Positions 44,818-53,938 of a stretch of DNA of 54,530 nt are shown piece by piece. The translations under genes were made by a program, and so were the position numbers. A model generated the notes under the pieces. That model was given only the letters and a program-made list of their open reading frames with translations, was not told the DNA's origin and did not search any database. The stretch's first letter is position 1. Each line of letters opens with the position of its first letter. Origin of the DNA: Nanobdellota archaeon (lineage in GTDB: Archaea > Nanobdellota > Nanobdellia > Pacearchaeales > GW2011-AR1); assembly GCA_038045405.1 (NCBI GenBank), contig JBBSYF010000015.1:1-54530 (forward strand), in the 5' to 3' direction.

Positions 44818-47169
44818 ATGAGATTTAATTTTAGACAAATTTCTGCTATAGCGACTAGCGCATTGATGATTGGTATGACTGCAGGAGTTGCTGCCGCTGC
44901 AAGTTATCCAGCACCTTTCGTGTCTGGAGGAGTTGCAAATGTAGCTGTTGTTTACGGAACCGGAGCAGGTGTATCCCTTATTGATCAAGTTCAAGCGGGA
45001 ACAATCCAAGCAAGTCTTGGTACATTCACAACTGGAACGGGAAGTTCAACAGTTACTGGAGGAGATAGTGTTTTGATTGAGAAAACTTCCGACAAGTATA
45101 ACCTTGGAAATGATGCTGCTACTGTTTTTGTTTCAGCTGTAGATGGTGAAGATTTGCCAACTTTATTGGCAGATGGAACCTATACTGATGATGACAATAC
45201 AGAGTATGACTACACTCAAAAGGTAAACTTGGGAGCAAATCTTGACCTTGTACACTTCTCTGACACTGACTATGATAAAGCCATAGGAGCATCGGGTACA
45301 CCCACTCCTACGATTGGTATCCAGTTAGCTGGCAGTGCACACGTACTTAACTACACTGTTGACTTTACTACACATCCTGCGTACAATGCTGCAACCTTAG
45401 AAACAACTACTATGAAGTTGATGGGCAGAGAGTATTACGTACTAGATGTAATTAATGGTACAACAAACAAGACAACGTTCTTGGACTCTGCAAATTCCGG
45501 AGTTATAACACAGGGGCAAACTTCTACAATTGCTGGAAGAACTATTAGCCTTGAGTTCATTTCTTCAACAGAAGTTAGACTTGTTGTGGACGGAACAACA
45601 ACAAATAGTTTGGCTGAAGGAGCAACATTCAAGTTGCCTGATGGAACCTATGTGGGAGTCAAAGATATCCTATATGACTCAAAAGAAGCTGGTACTAGCA
45701 AAGTTGAAATCAGCGTAGGTAGTGGAAAACTGGAGGTTGAACATGGTGCTGAAGTACAGCTTAATGATGTAAGTATCCCAGAAATCACTGGTTTCTTGGT
45801 ACAAGACACATCTGAAAAGTTGGACAAAATAGTCCTTAAGTGGACTACAGATGATGAAGAATTCATCACACCTGCACTTAGTTTGACATTGCCTGCATTT
45901 GGAGCTTTGAAGCTTTCTATGGGAGCACACACTTTCCCTGCACAAGAAGGAACAAGTGTGGAGGGAAGTTCTGATACTATAGAAGTAAAAACAACGCTTA
46001 AGGATGGAGCTGTAACTATTCCAATTTTGGGTGCTAACTCCACAGGAGAATTTGCAACTATTGGAAAAGACTCGACTAACAGATTAGTAACAAACGATTC
46101 TGCTGCTACTCTTGGTAAGATATTTAACAAGACTGGTGGAGATAAGTATATGGTACTATCATGGAACTCTACTACAGAGTCAGAATCTTACTACTTGAGA
46201 GCTGATGTTGTAACAGAAGACACAGTTACAAAGGTAAGATTCACAAACGAAATTACCAATGCTGAAAAGACTGTTGCTAATGGAGATACTGCTTCCTTCG
46301 GGAGTGCAGATATAACTATTAACAACGTTACAAGAGTAGGTGGACTTTTGGAAAACTTCAACTTTTCCTTGAATGCTGGTTCAAGCATAAACACATTGTA
46401 CACAGCAGAGGGAATGAAGATTTTCTTACCTTATGAAAGCAATGTTAGCTTTACTTCTAACATTACTGGTGTGATCAACTTTACACCAACTGGAAACCAA
46501 AAAGCTGGTACGAACTATGATAGTTGGTACTTAGTCTTCGATACAGAGGATAAAGATGACAATATTGGTGCTGGAGATTCATTCAATGTAACAGTTGATG
46601 AATCAGGAACAACTAACAAAGTTCATGTACAAACAGTAACAACTGATTCGTCTTCCAAAGAGATTGGAAGTTCAGATAACTTTGAGTACTATGTGATAGC
46701 TGACTTAGCAACAAAGGTTGTTCACATGACAGGAGGCGATTATGACAGTGCCGTGGTAACATACCCTGGCGAGCAGTCATACGCTAACTTGTATGTATCT
46801 TCACCTGATACTGTTGTTGGCGGTGGAGCAATTGGAGAAATCCTTGTAAAAGACTCAGAAGTTAGCTCAGTAAGTTCAAAAAACTTAATCGTCGTTGGTG
46901 GTAGCTGTATAAATTCAGTTGCTGCTAATTTACTTGGCGATGGAGCTAGATGTGGGTCCGCATGGACTGCTGTAACAGGCGTTGGTACCGGACAGTTCTT
47001 AATACAATCTTTCGCTAAGGATGGAAAGGTTGCATTACTTGTCGCTGGATATGATGTAGCAGACACACAAAATGCTGTAACATACCTTAAGACAAAGACT
47101 GTTGATACTGCAGTTGGTAAGAAGTACATTGGTACTACATCAACAAGCGCAACACTTCAAGTAGCTTAG
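44818..47169 (+). CDS. S-layer protein
   Basis: Signal ISAIATSALMIGMTAGVAAAA, T/S/G/V/N-rich with few charged residues. The C-terminal NLIVVGGSCINSVAANLLG...VALLVAGYDVADTQNAV resembles the methanogen-type S-layer C-terminus. Confidence 0.78.
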   Translation: MRFNFRQISAIATSALMIGMTAGVAAAASYPAPFVSGGVANVAVVYGTGAGVSLIDQVQAGTIQASLGTFTTGTGSSTVTGGDSVLIEKTSDKYNLGNDAATVFVSAVDGEDLPTLLADGTYTDDDNTEYDYTQKVNLGANLDLVHFSDTDYDKAIGASGTPTPTIGIQLAGSAHVLNYTVDFTTHPAYNAATLETTTMKLMGREYYVLDVINGTTNKTTFLDSANSGVITQGQTSTIAGRTISLEFISSTEVRLVVDGTTTNSLAEGATFKLPDGTYVGVKDILYDSKEAGTSKVEISVGSGKLEVEHGAEVQLNDVSIPEITGFLVQDTSEKLDKIVLKWTTDDEEFITPALSLTLPAFGALKLSMGAHTFPAQEGTSVEGSSDTIEVKTTLKDGAVTIPILGANSTGEFATIGKDSTNRLVTNDSAATLGKIFNKTGGDKYMVLSWNSTTESESYYLRADVVTEDTVTKVRFTNEITNAEKTVANGDTASFGSADITINNVTRVGGLLENFNFSLNAGSSINTLYTAEGMKIFLPYESNVSFTSNITGVINFTPTGNQKAGTNYDSWYLVFDTEDKDDNIGAGDSFNVTVDESGTTNKVHVQTVTTDSSSKEIGSSDNFEYYVIADLATKVVHMTGGDYDSAVVTYPGEQSYANLYVSSPDTVVGGGAIGEILVKDSEVSSVSSKNLIVVGGSCINSVAANLLGDGARCGSAWTAVTGVGTGQFLIQSFAKDGKVALLVAGYDVADTQNAVTYLKTKTVDTAVGKKYIGTTSTSATLQVA

Positions 47170-47176
47170 GTAAAAG

Positions 47177-47209
47177 TTTTTTATTTTTCTTTTTTATTTT
47201 TCTTTTTTT
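47177..47209 (+). terminator. oligo-T terminator tract after the S-layer gene
   Basis: TTTTTTATTTTTCTTTTTTATTTTTCTTTTTTT, consistent with archaeal intrinsic termination on T runs. Confidence 0.6.
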
Positions 47210-47244
47210 AACGCCTGGCTGAGGCTGTAACGAAATATTTATAA

Positions 47245-47263
47245 ACTATAGGCATTCTATAGT
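47245..47263. promoter_or_regulatory. 7-bp inverted repeat ACTATAG-GCATT-CTATAGT, probable mazEF operator
   Basis: It lies between the TATA-like ATTTATAAA and the antitoxin start codon. Confidence 0.45.
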
Positions 47264-47506
47264 GTGATGATTACAACAATTCAACTTAATGAGAGTGTGA
47301 AAAAAACATTAAATATGTTGAAGAATGGTAAGGAAACTTATGAAGATGTGATTGTTAATCTCATTGATAAAGTAGATGCGGATAGGAAAAAAATGGAGGG
47401 GTTATTAAAAGAAGAGGCTCTTGAATTTGCTGAAGAAAGCCTGAAAATTGCTAAAGAGTGGGAGTTTGCCTTAATGGACGGGCTTGATAAAAATGAGAAA
47501 TGGTAG
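47264..47506 (+). CDS. antitoxin of the MazF module
   Basis: 80 aa, acidic C-terminus, N-terminus TTIQLNESVKKTLNMLKNGKETYEDVI. It overlaps mazF by 7 nt. The start is GTG 47264 or ATG 47267. Confidence 0.6.
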   Translation: MMITTIQLNESVKKTLNMLKNGKETYEDVIVNLIDKVDADRKKMEGLLKEEALEFAEESLKIAKEWEFALMDGLDKNEKW

Positions 47507-47847
47507 AAATTAAAAGAGGGGATGTTTTTTGGGCAAACTTGGAACCAACAAAAGGAAGTGAGCAAGGAGGAATAAGACCTGTTCTGATAATTCAAAATGA
47601 CACTTTCAACATTTATAGCCCAACAGTTATAGTAGCTCCTCTAACCTCTAAAAAACCATCCAAAAAGTATCTTACAAGTATTTTTGTTTCTAAAGAGGAT
47701 TTGAAAATGAAGAAAGATTCAACGATATTGCTTAGTCAAATAAGGACTATTGACAAAAGAAGAATTCTCAAAAAGGTTTCTTCTTTAAACAAAGAAACAA
47801 TGGAAAAGGTAGAGTTAGCAATTAAGATAAGTCTAGGAATGGCTTAG
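47500..47847 (+). CDS. mazF: MazF/PemK endoribonuclease toxin
   Basis: IKRGDVFWANLEPTKGSEQGGIRPVLIIQND...VIVAPLTS. Confidence 0.86.
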   Translation: MVEIKRGDVFWANLEPTKGSEQGGIRPVLIIQNDTFNIYSPTVIVAPLTSKKPSKKYLTSIFVSKEDLKMKKDSTILLSQIRTIDKRRILKKVSSLNKETMEKVELAIKISLGMA

Positions 47848-47899
47848 CCTGTTTTATTGTTACATTAAACTTTATAAATATCTAGAACAACTATCAGTT

Positions 47900-48469
47900 A
47901 TGAAAAAACTCGTTTCGAAGGAAGAGAAGGAAAGAGCAAGAAAAAGGAATCAAGTAGTAGTTGGGATTATCCTTGTTTTTTTGATGGTTGCAAGCACTCT
48001 TGGATATGCAATACAAGGCAACCTCGGGAATAACCAAGGTAGTCAAAATCCTGGCGAGTTAAATTACAACGGATTCAAGTTTACATACGTAAACGGATTT
48101 TGGACTCTTGGTAACTTTGTTTTCAGAAACAGCCCAGAGGACGTTCAGGATGTCGGTTTAGGAATTAAAGATGCGCAAAACTATCGGGGAAAGCCAGCTT
48201 ACATCCAATCTGAAAATGAAGAGGCTGGAATTGAAGCATCTTTAAACATGGGGCAAATTGCAAGCCGAGTTCAGGAGGCTTGTATTGAAAGTGTTGGTTG
48301 TTCTTCAGACTTTCCAGTAAAAACGTGTAACGATAACTTTATAATCATAAAAGAGAGTGAAATTGAAAGAGTGAGCCAAGTCGACAACTGCGTTTATATC
48401 GAGGGTAAAAAAGAAAACTTGGTGATGTTAACCGATGGATTTTTGTTCAAGGTTTTGGGAGTTAAATAA
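47900..48469 (+). CDS. N-terminally anchored extracytoplasmic protein
   Basis: One TM helix (VVVGIILVFLMVASTLGYA). It shares FxFRN[SD]P and a Cys pattern with the next ORF. Confidence 0.5.
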   Translation: MKKLVSKEEKERARKRNQVVVGIILVFLMVASTLGYAIQGNLGNNQGSQNPGELNYNGFKFTYVNGFWTLGNFVFRNSPEDVQDVGLGIKDAQNYRGKPAYIQSENEEAGIEASLNMGQIASRVQEACIESVGCSSDFPVKTCNDNFIIIKESEIERVSQVDNCVYIEGKKENLVMLTDGFLFKVLGVK

Positions 48470-48481
48470 AAGTAGATTAAA

Positions 48482-49126
48482 ATGGCAAAAAAAAGAAAGA
48501 GTATAACTGCGAAAAAAGAATCTGATGAAACTGTGTTAAGAAAAAGTAGGGCAAAAAGTCAGGACAGAATTTTAAGAAATTTTTTAATTGGAATGGCTGC
48601 TCTCATAATTTTGGTTATTCTTTTTGTATATGCTGTTAAATCAACAAAGAAATTTGAGTATGAAGGTGTCAATTTTGAAGTTGTAAAGAATGGGAAATTA
48701 GTTTTTTATAATACAAAAGTCCCCGTTACAATCAATGGGCAAAGTGCACAGTATAATTTTTATTTGAGAAATGATCCTCGAAAAACAGGAACAGAAGTGC
48801 CTATTGAGGGGAATCTTGTCTTGGCGAAAAATCTTGTTATTAATAGTTCAGAAGAACTCAACTGTGACGGAGATGGGATTATTGCAATTGCAAATCTTTT
48901 GAACCTTTATAGGATGTCTGGGATAAATGTAATAAGGGATGACAATGCCTCTTGCGATTATTCTGGAAGATATGCATTCATAAAGATTCAGACGGCGAAT
49001 GAAACAAGCATTGAAGAGTTTGGACTTAAATGTTACAATTTGAACATAAACAACTGTGAAATTCTTAAAGGCACAGAAAGACTTATGATAGAATCTTTTA
49101 TTGAAATCAAAGAAGATAATGCTTAG
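48482..49126 (+). CDS. N-terminally anchored extracytoplasmic protein (distant paralog of 47900)
   Basis: One TM helix (FLIGMAALIILVILFVYAV), YNFYLRNDP, paired Cys. Confidence 0.5.
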   Translation: MAKKRKSITAKKESDETVLRKSRAKSQDRILRNFLIGMAALIILVILFVYAVKSTKKFEYEGVNFEVVKNGKLVFYNTKVPVTINGQSAQYNFYLRNDPRKTGTEVPIEGNLVLAKNLVINSSEELNCDGDGIIAIANLLNLYRMSGINVIRDDNASCDYSGRYAFIKIQTANETSIEEFGLKCYNLNINNCEILKGTERLMIESFIEIKEDNA

Positions 49127-49149
49127 AGATAAGACGAAAAAGTGAAAGA

Positions 49150-49767
49150 TTACTTCTTGTACTTCTTAACAATGTAATATGTTGCTGTTACTAAAACGGC
49201 CAAGGCAAAGATAACTGCAGTTATTATTTTCACAATAGGTTGAACACTACTGCTTCCATAGAAGAATCCAACAAAGATTAAAACTATTGTCCAAAGCCCT
49301 GCTCCGAGAGCTGTGAAAAGGGAGAATCGGAAAAAGTTCATTCTAGCAAATCCTGCGGGAAGGGAGATTAGGTGTCTGACTAAAGGAATTAATCTTCCAA
49401 CAAAAGTTGTTATCTCCCCATGTTCGTTAAAATATTTGTCTGTTTTTTTCAGGTCTTTTTTGTGCATAAAAAGGAACTTTCCATACTTACTTATAAGGAA
49501 ATCGACTGTGGTTCTTCCAAGGAACAAAGCCAAAAAATAGTTTACCCAAGCTCCTAAAAGACTTCCTAAGATACTAGCTAAAAAAACTAAGAAAAAACTC
49601 ATTTCTCCTTTTGCAATTAAAACTCCTGCAGGAATAAGAATTACTTCACTAGGTAAAGGAAAAAATGAACTCTCTATCGTCATCCCTATGAAAATACCCA
49701 GATAGCCCATGTCTTTTATAATTAATAGGACATTCTCAGTAATCGTGCGAATTAGTTCAAGAAGCAT
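49150..49767 (-). CDS. DedA/SNARE-associated family membrane protein
   Basis: FPLPSEVILIPAGVLIAKGEMSF...LGSLLGAWVNYFLALFLGR...GRLIPLVRHLISLPAG. Confidence 0.8.
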   Translation of the reverse strand: MLLELIRTITENVLLIIKDMGYLGIFIGMTIESSFFPLPSEVILIPAGVLIAKGEMSFFLVFLASILGSLLGAWVNYFLALFLGRTTVDFLISKYGKFLFMHKKDLKKTDKYFNEHGEITTFVGRLIPLVRHLISLPAGFARMNFFRFSLFTALGAGLWTIVLIFVGFFYGSSSVQPIVKIITAVIFALAVLVTATYYIVKKYKK

Positions 49768-49768
49768 T

Positions 49769-50362
49769 TTATTTTTTTATCCTTTTTGTCTTAGTCAGCT
49801 TATACAAAAATTTTAAGTCAGAGTAAAGAGGGGTGTTTTTTATTTTGAAAACCTTGACTTGCACAAACCAAATTCCGACGATGAATACGGTGCTAAGTAA
49901 ATACCAAAAAACAACATGGGCTATTTTGAACAAGGGAGAGTCGGATATAGCAAGGAGGGAAAGTAAAAAAATTCTTAGTATGTTTATGATTAAAAAAGAT
50001 AATGATGAAAAAAGTATCATGTACAATCTTGTTTTTGTTTTTATTCCAAGCGTTGTAAGATTAAGAATAAGCAGAAGGTAATACGCAGAGCCAGCGATGC
50101 ATGCTTCAATAAGTTCTATACTGATTTTTTGTCCTACGAATACTATAGTTTGAGAAACAAGAGAAGCATCAAAAAAGAGATTGAGTAAGAAGTAGACTGG
50201 ATAAACTGTTAAGGGCGTGAAAATAGTATAAAAAATCCAAAGGCTTGGAAAGGCCACTGCAACGAGGGGGAGATACCTCCCAAACATGCCTAAAACCGTT
50301 TTATCTTCATTCTTCATAAACTGGACAATGGAAATATATTTAAATAATTTCGCGTTCCCCAA
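49769..50362 (-). CDS. exosortase/archaeosortase-family protein (short form)
   Basis: Polytopic, with a candidate catalytic triad in family-typical contexts: IELIEACIAGSAYY (Cys), INILRIFLLSL (Arg), KIAHVVFWYL (His). Confidence 0.5.
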   Translation of the reverse strand: MGNAKLFKYISIVQFMKNEDKTVLGMFGRYLPLVAVAFPSLWIFYTIFTPLTVYPVYFLLNLFFDASLVSQTIVFVGQKISIELIEACIAGSAYYLLLILNLTTLGIKTKTRLYMILFSSLSFLIINILRIFLLSLLAISDSPLFKIAHVVFWYLLSTVFIVGIWFVQVKVFKIKNTPLYSDLKFLYKLTKTKRIKK

Positions 50363-50365
50363 GAT

Positions 50366-50950
50366 ATGAAATTTTCTGATATGAGGCGATTTATTCTGAT
50401 AGATTCTCTCGTTCTTTTTCTCCTGCTTTTAGCTTTCTACTTCGACCACAGAATTTCTGTTTTAGTTTCTTTGATTAGAAATAGCATACTTGACAACTTT
50501 TTCATGGGAATAACCTTTGTAAGTTCAATCTTAATAGTTTTTCTTTTCCTAACTCTTTTGTTTGTTCGTGAAAATAAGAGGAAATGGATTCTTCCACTGT
50601 GGGTTACTCTTGTAGCGAATGTAATTGTTGGCTTTTTGTTGAAAGTAGTAGTACAAAGACAAAGGCCATATCAGCTTGAACTGGTTTCAGTTGCTCAGGG
50701 ATTAGCAGAAAATGCTCACAAAGTGTGGGACTTTTCATTTCCATCTTTCCAAGCGATGATGGTTTTCTGTGCGGTTCCATTACTCTCGAAAGAATTTCCA
50801 AAATTCAAGTATGTTTGGGTTATTTTTGCGTGCCTAGTTGCATTCTCTCGAGTTTACCTCGGAGTTCACTTCTTAAGTGATGTTATCGCTGGAGCATTGA
50901 TAGGGTACATGATTGGTTATTTTATCATGAGAAATGTAGAGGGAAAGTAA
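50366..50950 (+). CDS. PAP2-family phosphatase
   Basis: KVVVQRQRPY, PSFQA and SRVYLGVHFLSDV give the three PAP2 motifs. Confidence 0.8.
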   Translation: MKFSDMRRFILIDSLVLFLLLLAFYFDHRISVLVSLIRNSILDNFFMGITFVSSILIVFLFLTLLFVRENKRKWILPLWVTLVANVIVGFLLKVVVQRQRPYQLELVSVAQGLAENAHKVWDFSFPSFQAMMVFCAVPLLSKEFPKFKYVWVIFACLVAFSRVYLGVHFLSDVIAGALIGYMIGYFIMRNVEGK

Positions 50951-50989
50951 AAAGTAATCAGAGAAATAATAGTCAGAGAAAATTTATAA

Positions 50990-51316
50990 TTATTTTTTAG
51001 GAATAGGAATCAATGCCGTTCCCGATGCTGAACCGTAAATGCTCCCCGCTTTTCCATAAGAAACATAAACTAATGTACTGGGAACGTAGTCAACAACAAC
51101 CTCTGCTTCTGAAGGAACTTCTAGGGCAAACATGCCCTTTATTGTATTATCTTTTTTTGGATCATTTACATGAGAAGAAAGAGGGCCTTCAAAGTGAACA
51201 CCAACCATGTTATAACTACTTGGAGCATTGGGAGAAGTGGTTAAGTAATCACTTGCGCTAACAGTCAATATTTTTTCTAGGGGAAAAGGTTCGGTTCTTC
51301 TTTGATTTTTTGTCAT
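50990..51316 (-). CDS. hypothetical protein
   Basis: 108-aa ORF, last gene of the minus-strand run that begins at 53367. Confidence 0.4.
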   Translation of the reverse strand: MTKNQRRTEPFPLEKILTVSASDYLTTSPNAPSSYNMVGVHFEGPLSSHVNDPKKDNTIKGMFALEVPSEAEVVVDYVPSTLVYVSYGKAGSIYGSASGTALIPIPKK

Positions 51317-51320
51317 TTTA

Positions 51321-51539
51321 TTATTTCATTTGAACAATCTTAGTCCAGTAGTTGTAAATACACTCTTGCTCTTCTCTTGAGGTAGCATCTTCAAAGCTGC
51401 ACCCACCATGATGGGAGTAATAGGGGCACATAATAGCTGTAGGATTTTCTGCTTTATTAAATCTTACAAAAACTTCTACAACACTAACAGGTTTAAACGG
51501 TTTATTCAGAACGGGGCACACAATTTTTTCTATTGCCAT
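51321..51539 (-). CDS. small Cys/His-containing hypothetical protein
   Basis: 72 aa with CPV...CPYYSHHGGC...EC. Confidence 0.4.
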   Translation of the reverse strand: MAIEKIVCPVLNKPFKPVSVVEVFVRFNKAENPTAIMCPYYSHHGGCSFEDATSREEQECIYNYWTKIVQMK

Positions 51540-51550
51540 CTTCTAAAGAA

Positions 51551-51721
51551 TTATTTCCTTTTTGAAACTCTTACAGCAACGAATATGATTACTATTACTA
51601 AGATAAGATTCAAAAGTCCGATTCCCCAGATAGCTGCGTTTCCCCCAGAGAAAACGTTTCCAAGAGCTCCGAATGCTGACTTAGCCTCTATGTTGACTAT
51701 AGAACTGGCTGTCTTGTTACT
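51551..51721 (-). other. out-of-frame C-terminal sorting-signal-like segment of the upstream surface protein
   Basis: The -1 frame relative to 51697-53367 reads SNKTASSIVNIEAKSAFGALGNVFSGGNAAIWGIGLLNLILVIVIIFVAVRVSKRK-stop. There is no Met in this frame. Confidence 0.6.
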
Positions 51722-53367
51722 TCATTTCCAGAAGTTGCTTCTATGAAGAATGATTGTTCCCCAGAAACAGCTTTGTTAACGTCAAGTGTGAAAACAACAT
51801 CTCTTGATTGCCCAGGGTTTAGTACAAGAGTACTTTGATCAGCTGATGCTGAGCTTGCCCACTCTGTGAATCCTGCTGCGTTTACTGTGAATGTTTTTAG
51901 TGAAGAGCCAGTGTTAGTTATTGTTGCTTTAACAACAAGTTCTTGTCCTGCCATTCCACCTGAAACTAAATCTGCTGATACTGTAGCTGAACCCGCTCCA
52001 GCAACTCCACAATTTCCCTTTACTACTAAAGGAACAGAAAACTCTGAGTAATCATCATCGTAATCATTTTGATAAACGTCTGAGCTGTCATCGTAAACTT
52101 CAATTTTTATTAGATATGTCTTCTCAACAACATTTGAAGGAACTTTAACGGTGAATGAAACTTTATTTGTGTCAAAAGCATCTATGTCTCCAGCAATAAC
52201 ATCTTCAGACAATCCAAGTTCTTTGTTAGTTACATAAACAGAAACTTCATCTTGGTCGTTGTCTCCAACGTTCCATACGTCTGCAGTAATCTCAACACTT
52301 GTTCCACATTGAACTGATTCAGGGAAGTTCATGTTGTCAAGAACAACAAAATCACTTTCAACTACAACAGAGGTAGTTTCGAAAGAGGAAACACATGTAG
52401 AAGTATCGTTTCCATCATCAACTTCTCCTTGTGCTGTAACATAAAATTTGTAATCATTACCGTCAGTTAACTCAGAAAGGTCAATATCCAAGTCACTTTC
52501 AAGGTTGAATGAAACTGTCAAAGTTTCAGTTTTTCCATCTTTAACATCAAAGTCTTTTTCGTCAACAAGTTCAATTACCCACTCATTTGTTTGAGTGTTG
52601 TAAAGTCCCCAGTTAACTTCTACGTTGTTTATTCTTTCATTTCCATCATTCTTTATCTGAATTTCAACATCTACATTTTCTCTTGGGAACCATTCATCAT
52701 CTTTTCCGAAAGTTGTACCTGAATTAAGACCATTGTTTGTAAAATCTATTTTCTTAATTCTCAAGTCACCGGTATTTGGAGTACATGAGGAGACTTCTGG
52801 TGGGATTGTTCCAGTTGATGTTCCTTGAATATTCAAATTTTTAATACTGAAAGTTTCACCGACATCAGCATTATAGCCAGATATTCTTAATGTCAATGTT
52901 TCTCCACTATTCAGAACGATATTATTATTAGTTGAAGATAATGCGCTTGTTGTAGTGGAAACTCCAGCAGCAACAATACTATTTGTAGTTGCAAAGTTAT
53001 CTTTAGACCAATCAACGTTAAAGTTCATGTTTGTAATAGCATTACTTGAAATGTGATTAAAAGATACAGAACTAATTGTAAAAGAAGAACCAGCAGCAAC
53101 GGTTAGGGTTACTTGGTAAAAGTCGGTTGGTCCAACAGCACCTTGATTCCAACCAGTACCTGTAGATCCATTTGTAGCGTCAAAAGTAAGACCTGAGATA
53201 CCAGCACCAGCAGTTAAACTGCCTGCAGTAAGACTTGAAGCAACATTTGATGAAGCAGCAGTAGAAGTTAAAGTCCAATCAGATAATGTAACAGCACTAA
53301 CTACACTCATTACAAATACTAATGCTAGAACACCGACGAAAAATAAACCAAATTGTTTCGTATTCAT
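51697..53367 (-). CDS. cell-surface protein with Ig/CARDB-like repeats (3' end apparently frameshifted)
   Basis: Signal FGLFFVGVLALVFVMSVVSA, T/S/N/D-rich beta-type repeats. The ORF stops at TAG just before a TM anchor that is encoded in another frame. Confidence 0.7.
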   Translation of the reverse strand: MNTKQFGLFFVGVLALVFVMSVVSAVTLSDWTLTSTAASSNVASSLTAGSLTAGAGISGLTFDATNGSTGTGWNQGAVGPTDFYQVTLTVAAGSSFTISSVSFNHISSNAITNMNFNVDWSKDNFATTNSIVAAGVSTTTSALSSTNNNIVLNSGETLTLRISGYNADVGETFSIKNLNIQGTSTGTIPPEVSSCTPNTGDLRIKKIDFTNNGLNSGTTFGKDDEWFPRENVDVEIQIKNDGNERINNVEVNWGLYNTQTNEWVIELVDEKDFDVKDGKTETLTVSFNLESDLDIDLSELTDGNDYKFYVTAQGEVDDGNDTSTCVSSFETTSVVVESDFVVLDNMNFPESVQCGTSVEITADVWNVGDNDQDEVSVYVTNKELGLSEDVIAGDIDAFDTNKVSFTVKVPSNVVEKTYLIKIEVYDDSSDVYQNDYDDDYSEFSVPLVVKGNCGVAGAGSATVSADLVSGGMAGQELVVKATITNTGSSLKTFTVNAAGFTEWASSASADQSTLVLNPGQSRDVVFTLDVNKAVSGEQSFFIEATSGNEVTRQPVL

Positions 53368-53493
53368 TTTCTTATGTCATTCCGGAGTTACAAGTGGTTT
53401 ATAAAGATTTGTGTTATTAAAAATATAGTTTTCTTGGGCTTTGAAAGGTTAGTGTGGTATAAATTTATATATTTCGGGCATTGTATTAATAGG

Positions 53494-53886
53494 ATGGTGA
53501 TAAAATCTGAGGAGAATTCGGCAGGGGCAAGGGCGTTTCTCGTAGGTGTTATTTTGGCTGTTTTGATAGGACTTTCAACAACGATATTGTCAATGCCTAC
53601 TATTGTTGCGTATAGTGCACAGGTTTATGCTATATTAGTAATCCTTGGTTTAGTCATTGGATTTATCATAAACATTCCTTCAAAAGAAGATTCCCAGACA
53701 TTTCTGATGGCGGGTGCTGTTCTTGTAATTGTAAGTAAGTTTGGAATGGACAGTGTTAGGGGAAGTTTGATAGGTGTTGGAGTGGGAGATGCGGTTTCTT
53801 CAGTGTTTGGTGCGTTGCTCGCCCTTTTCGTGCCTGCAACAATTGTCGTAGCTCTGAAAAAATTATTTTCAATAGCTAAAGTTTAA
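53494..53886 (+). CDS. membrane protein, unknown function
   Basis: 130 aa from ATG 53494 with about 4 TM helices. A TATA-like TTTATATATT lies about 30 nt upstream. The longer track ORF is rejected. Confidence 0.5.
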   Translation: MVIKSEENSAGARAFLVGVILAVLIGLSTTILSMPTIVAYSAQVYAILVILGLVIGFIINIPSKEDSQTFLMAGAVLVIVSKFGMDSVRGSLIGVGVGDAVSSVFGALLALFVPATIVVALKKLFSIAKV

Positions 53887-53891
53887 ACCTT

Positions 53892-53917
53892 TTGAGTAAG
53901 TTTTTTGAGTAAGTTTT
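53892..53917 (+). repeat. perfect tandem duplication of the 13-mer TTGAGTAAGTTTT
   Basis: Two adjacent identical copies lie just after the stop at 53886. Confidence 0.8.
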
Positions 53918-53938
53918 AATTACTTGAAAGAGTTCTTG

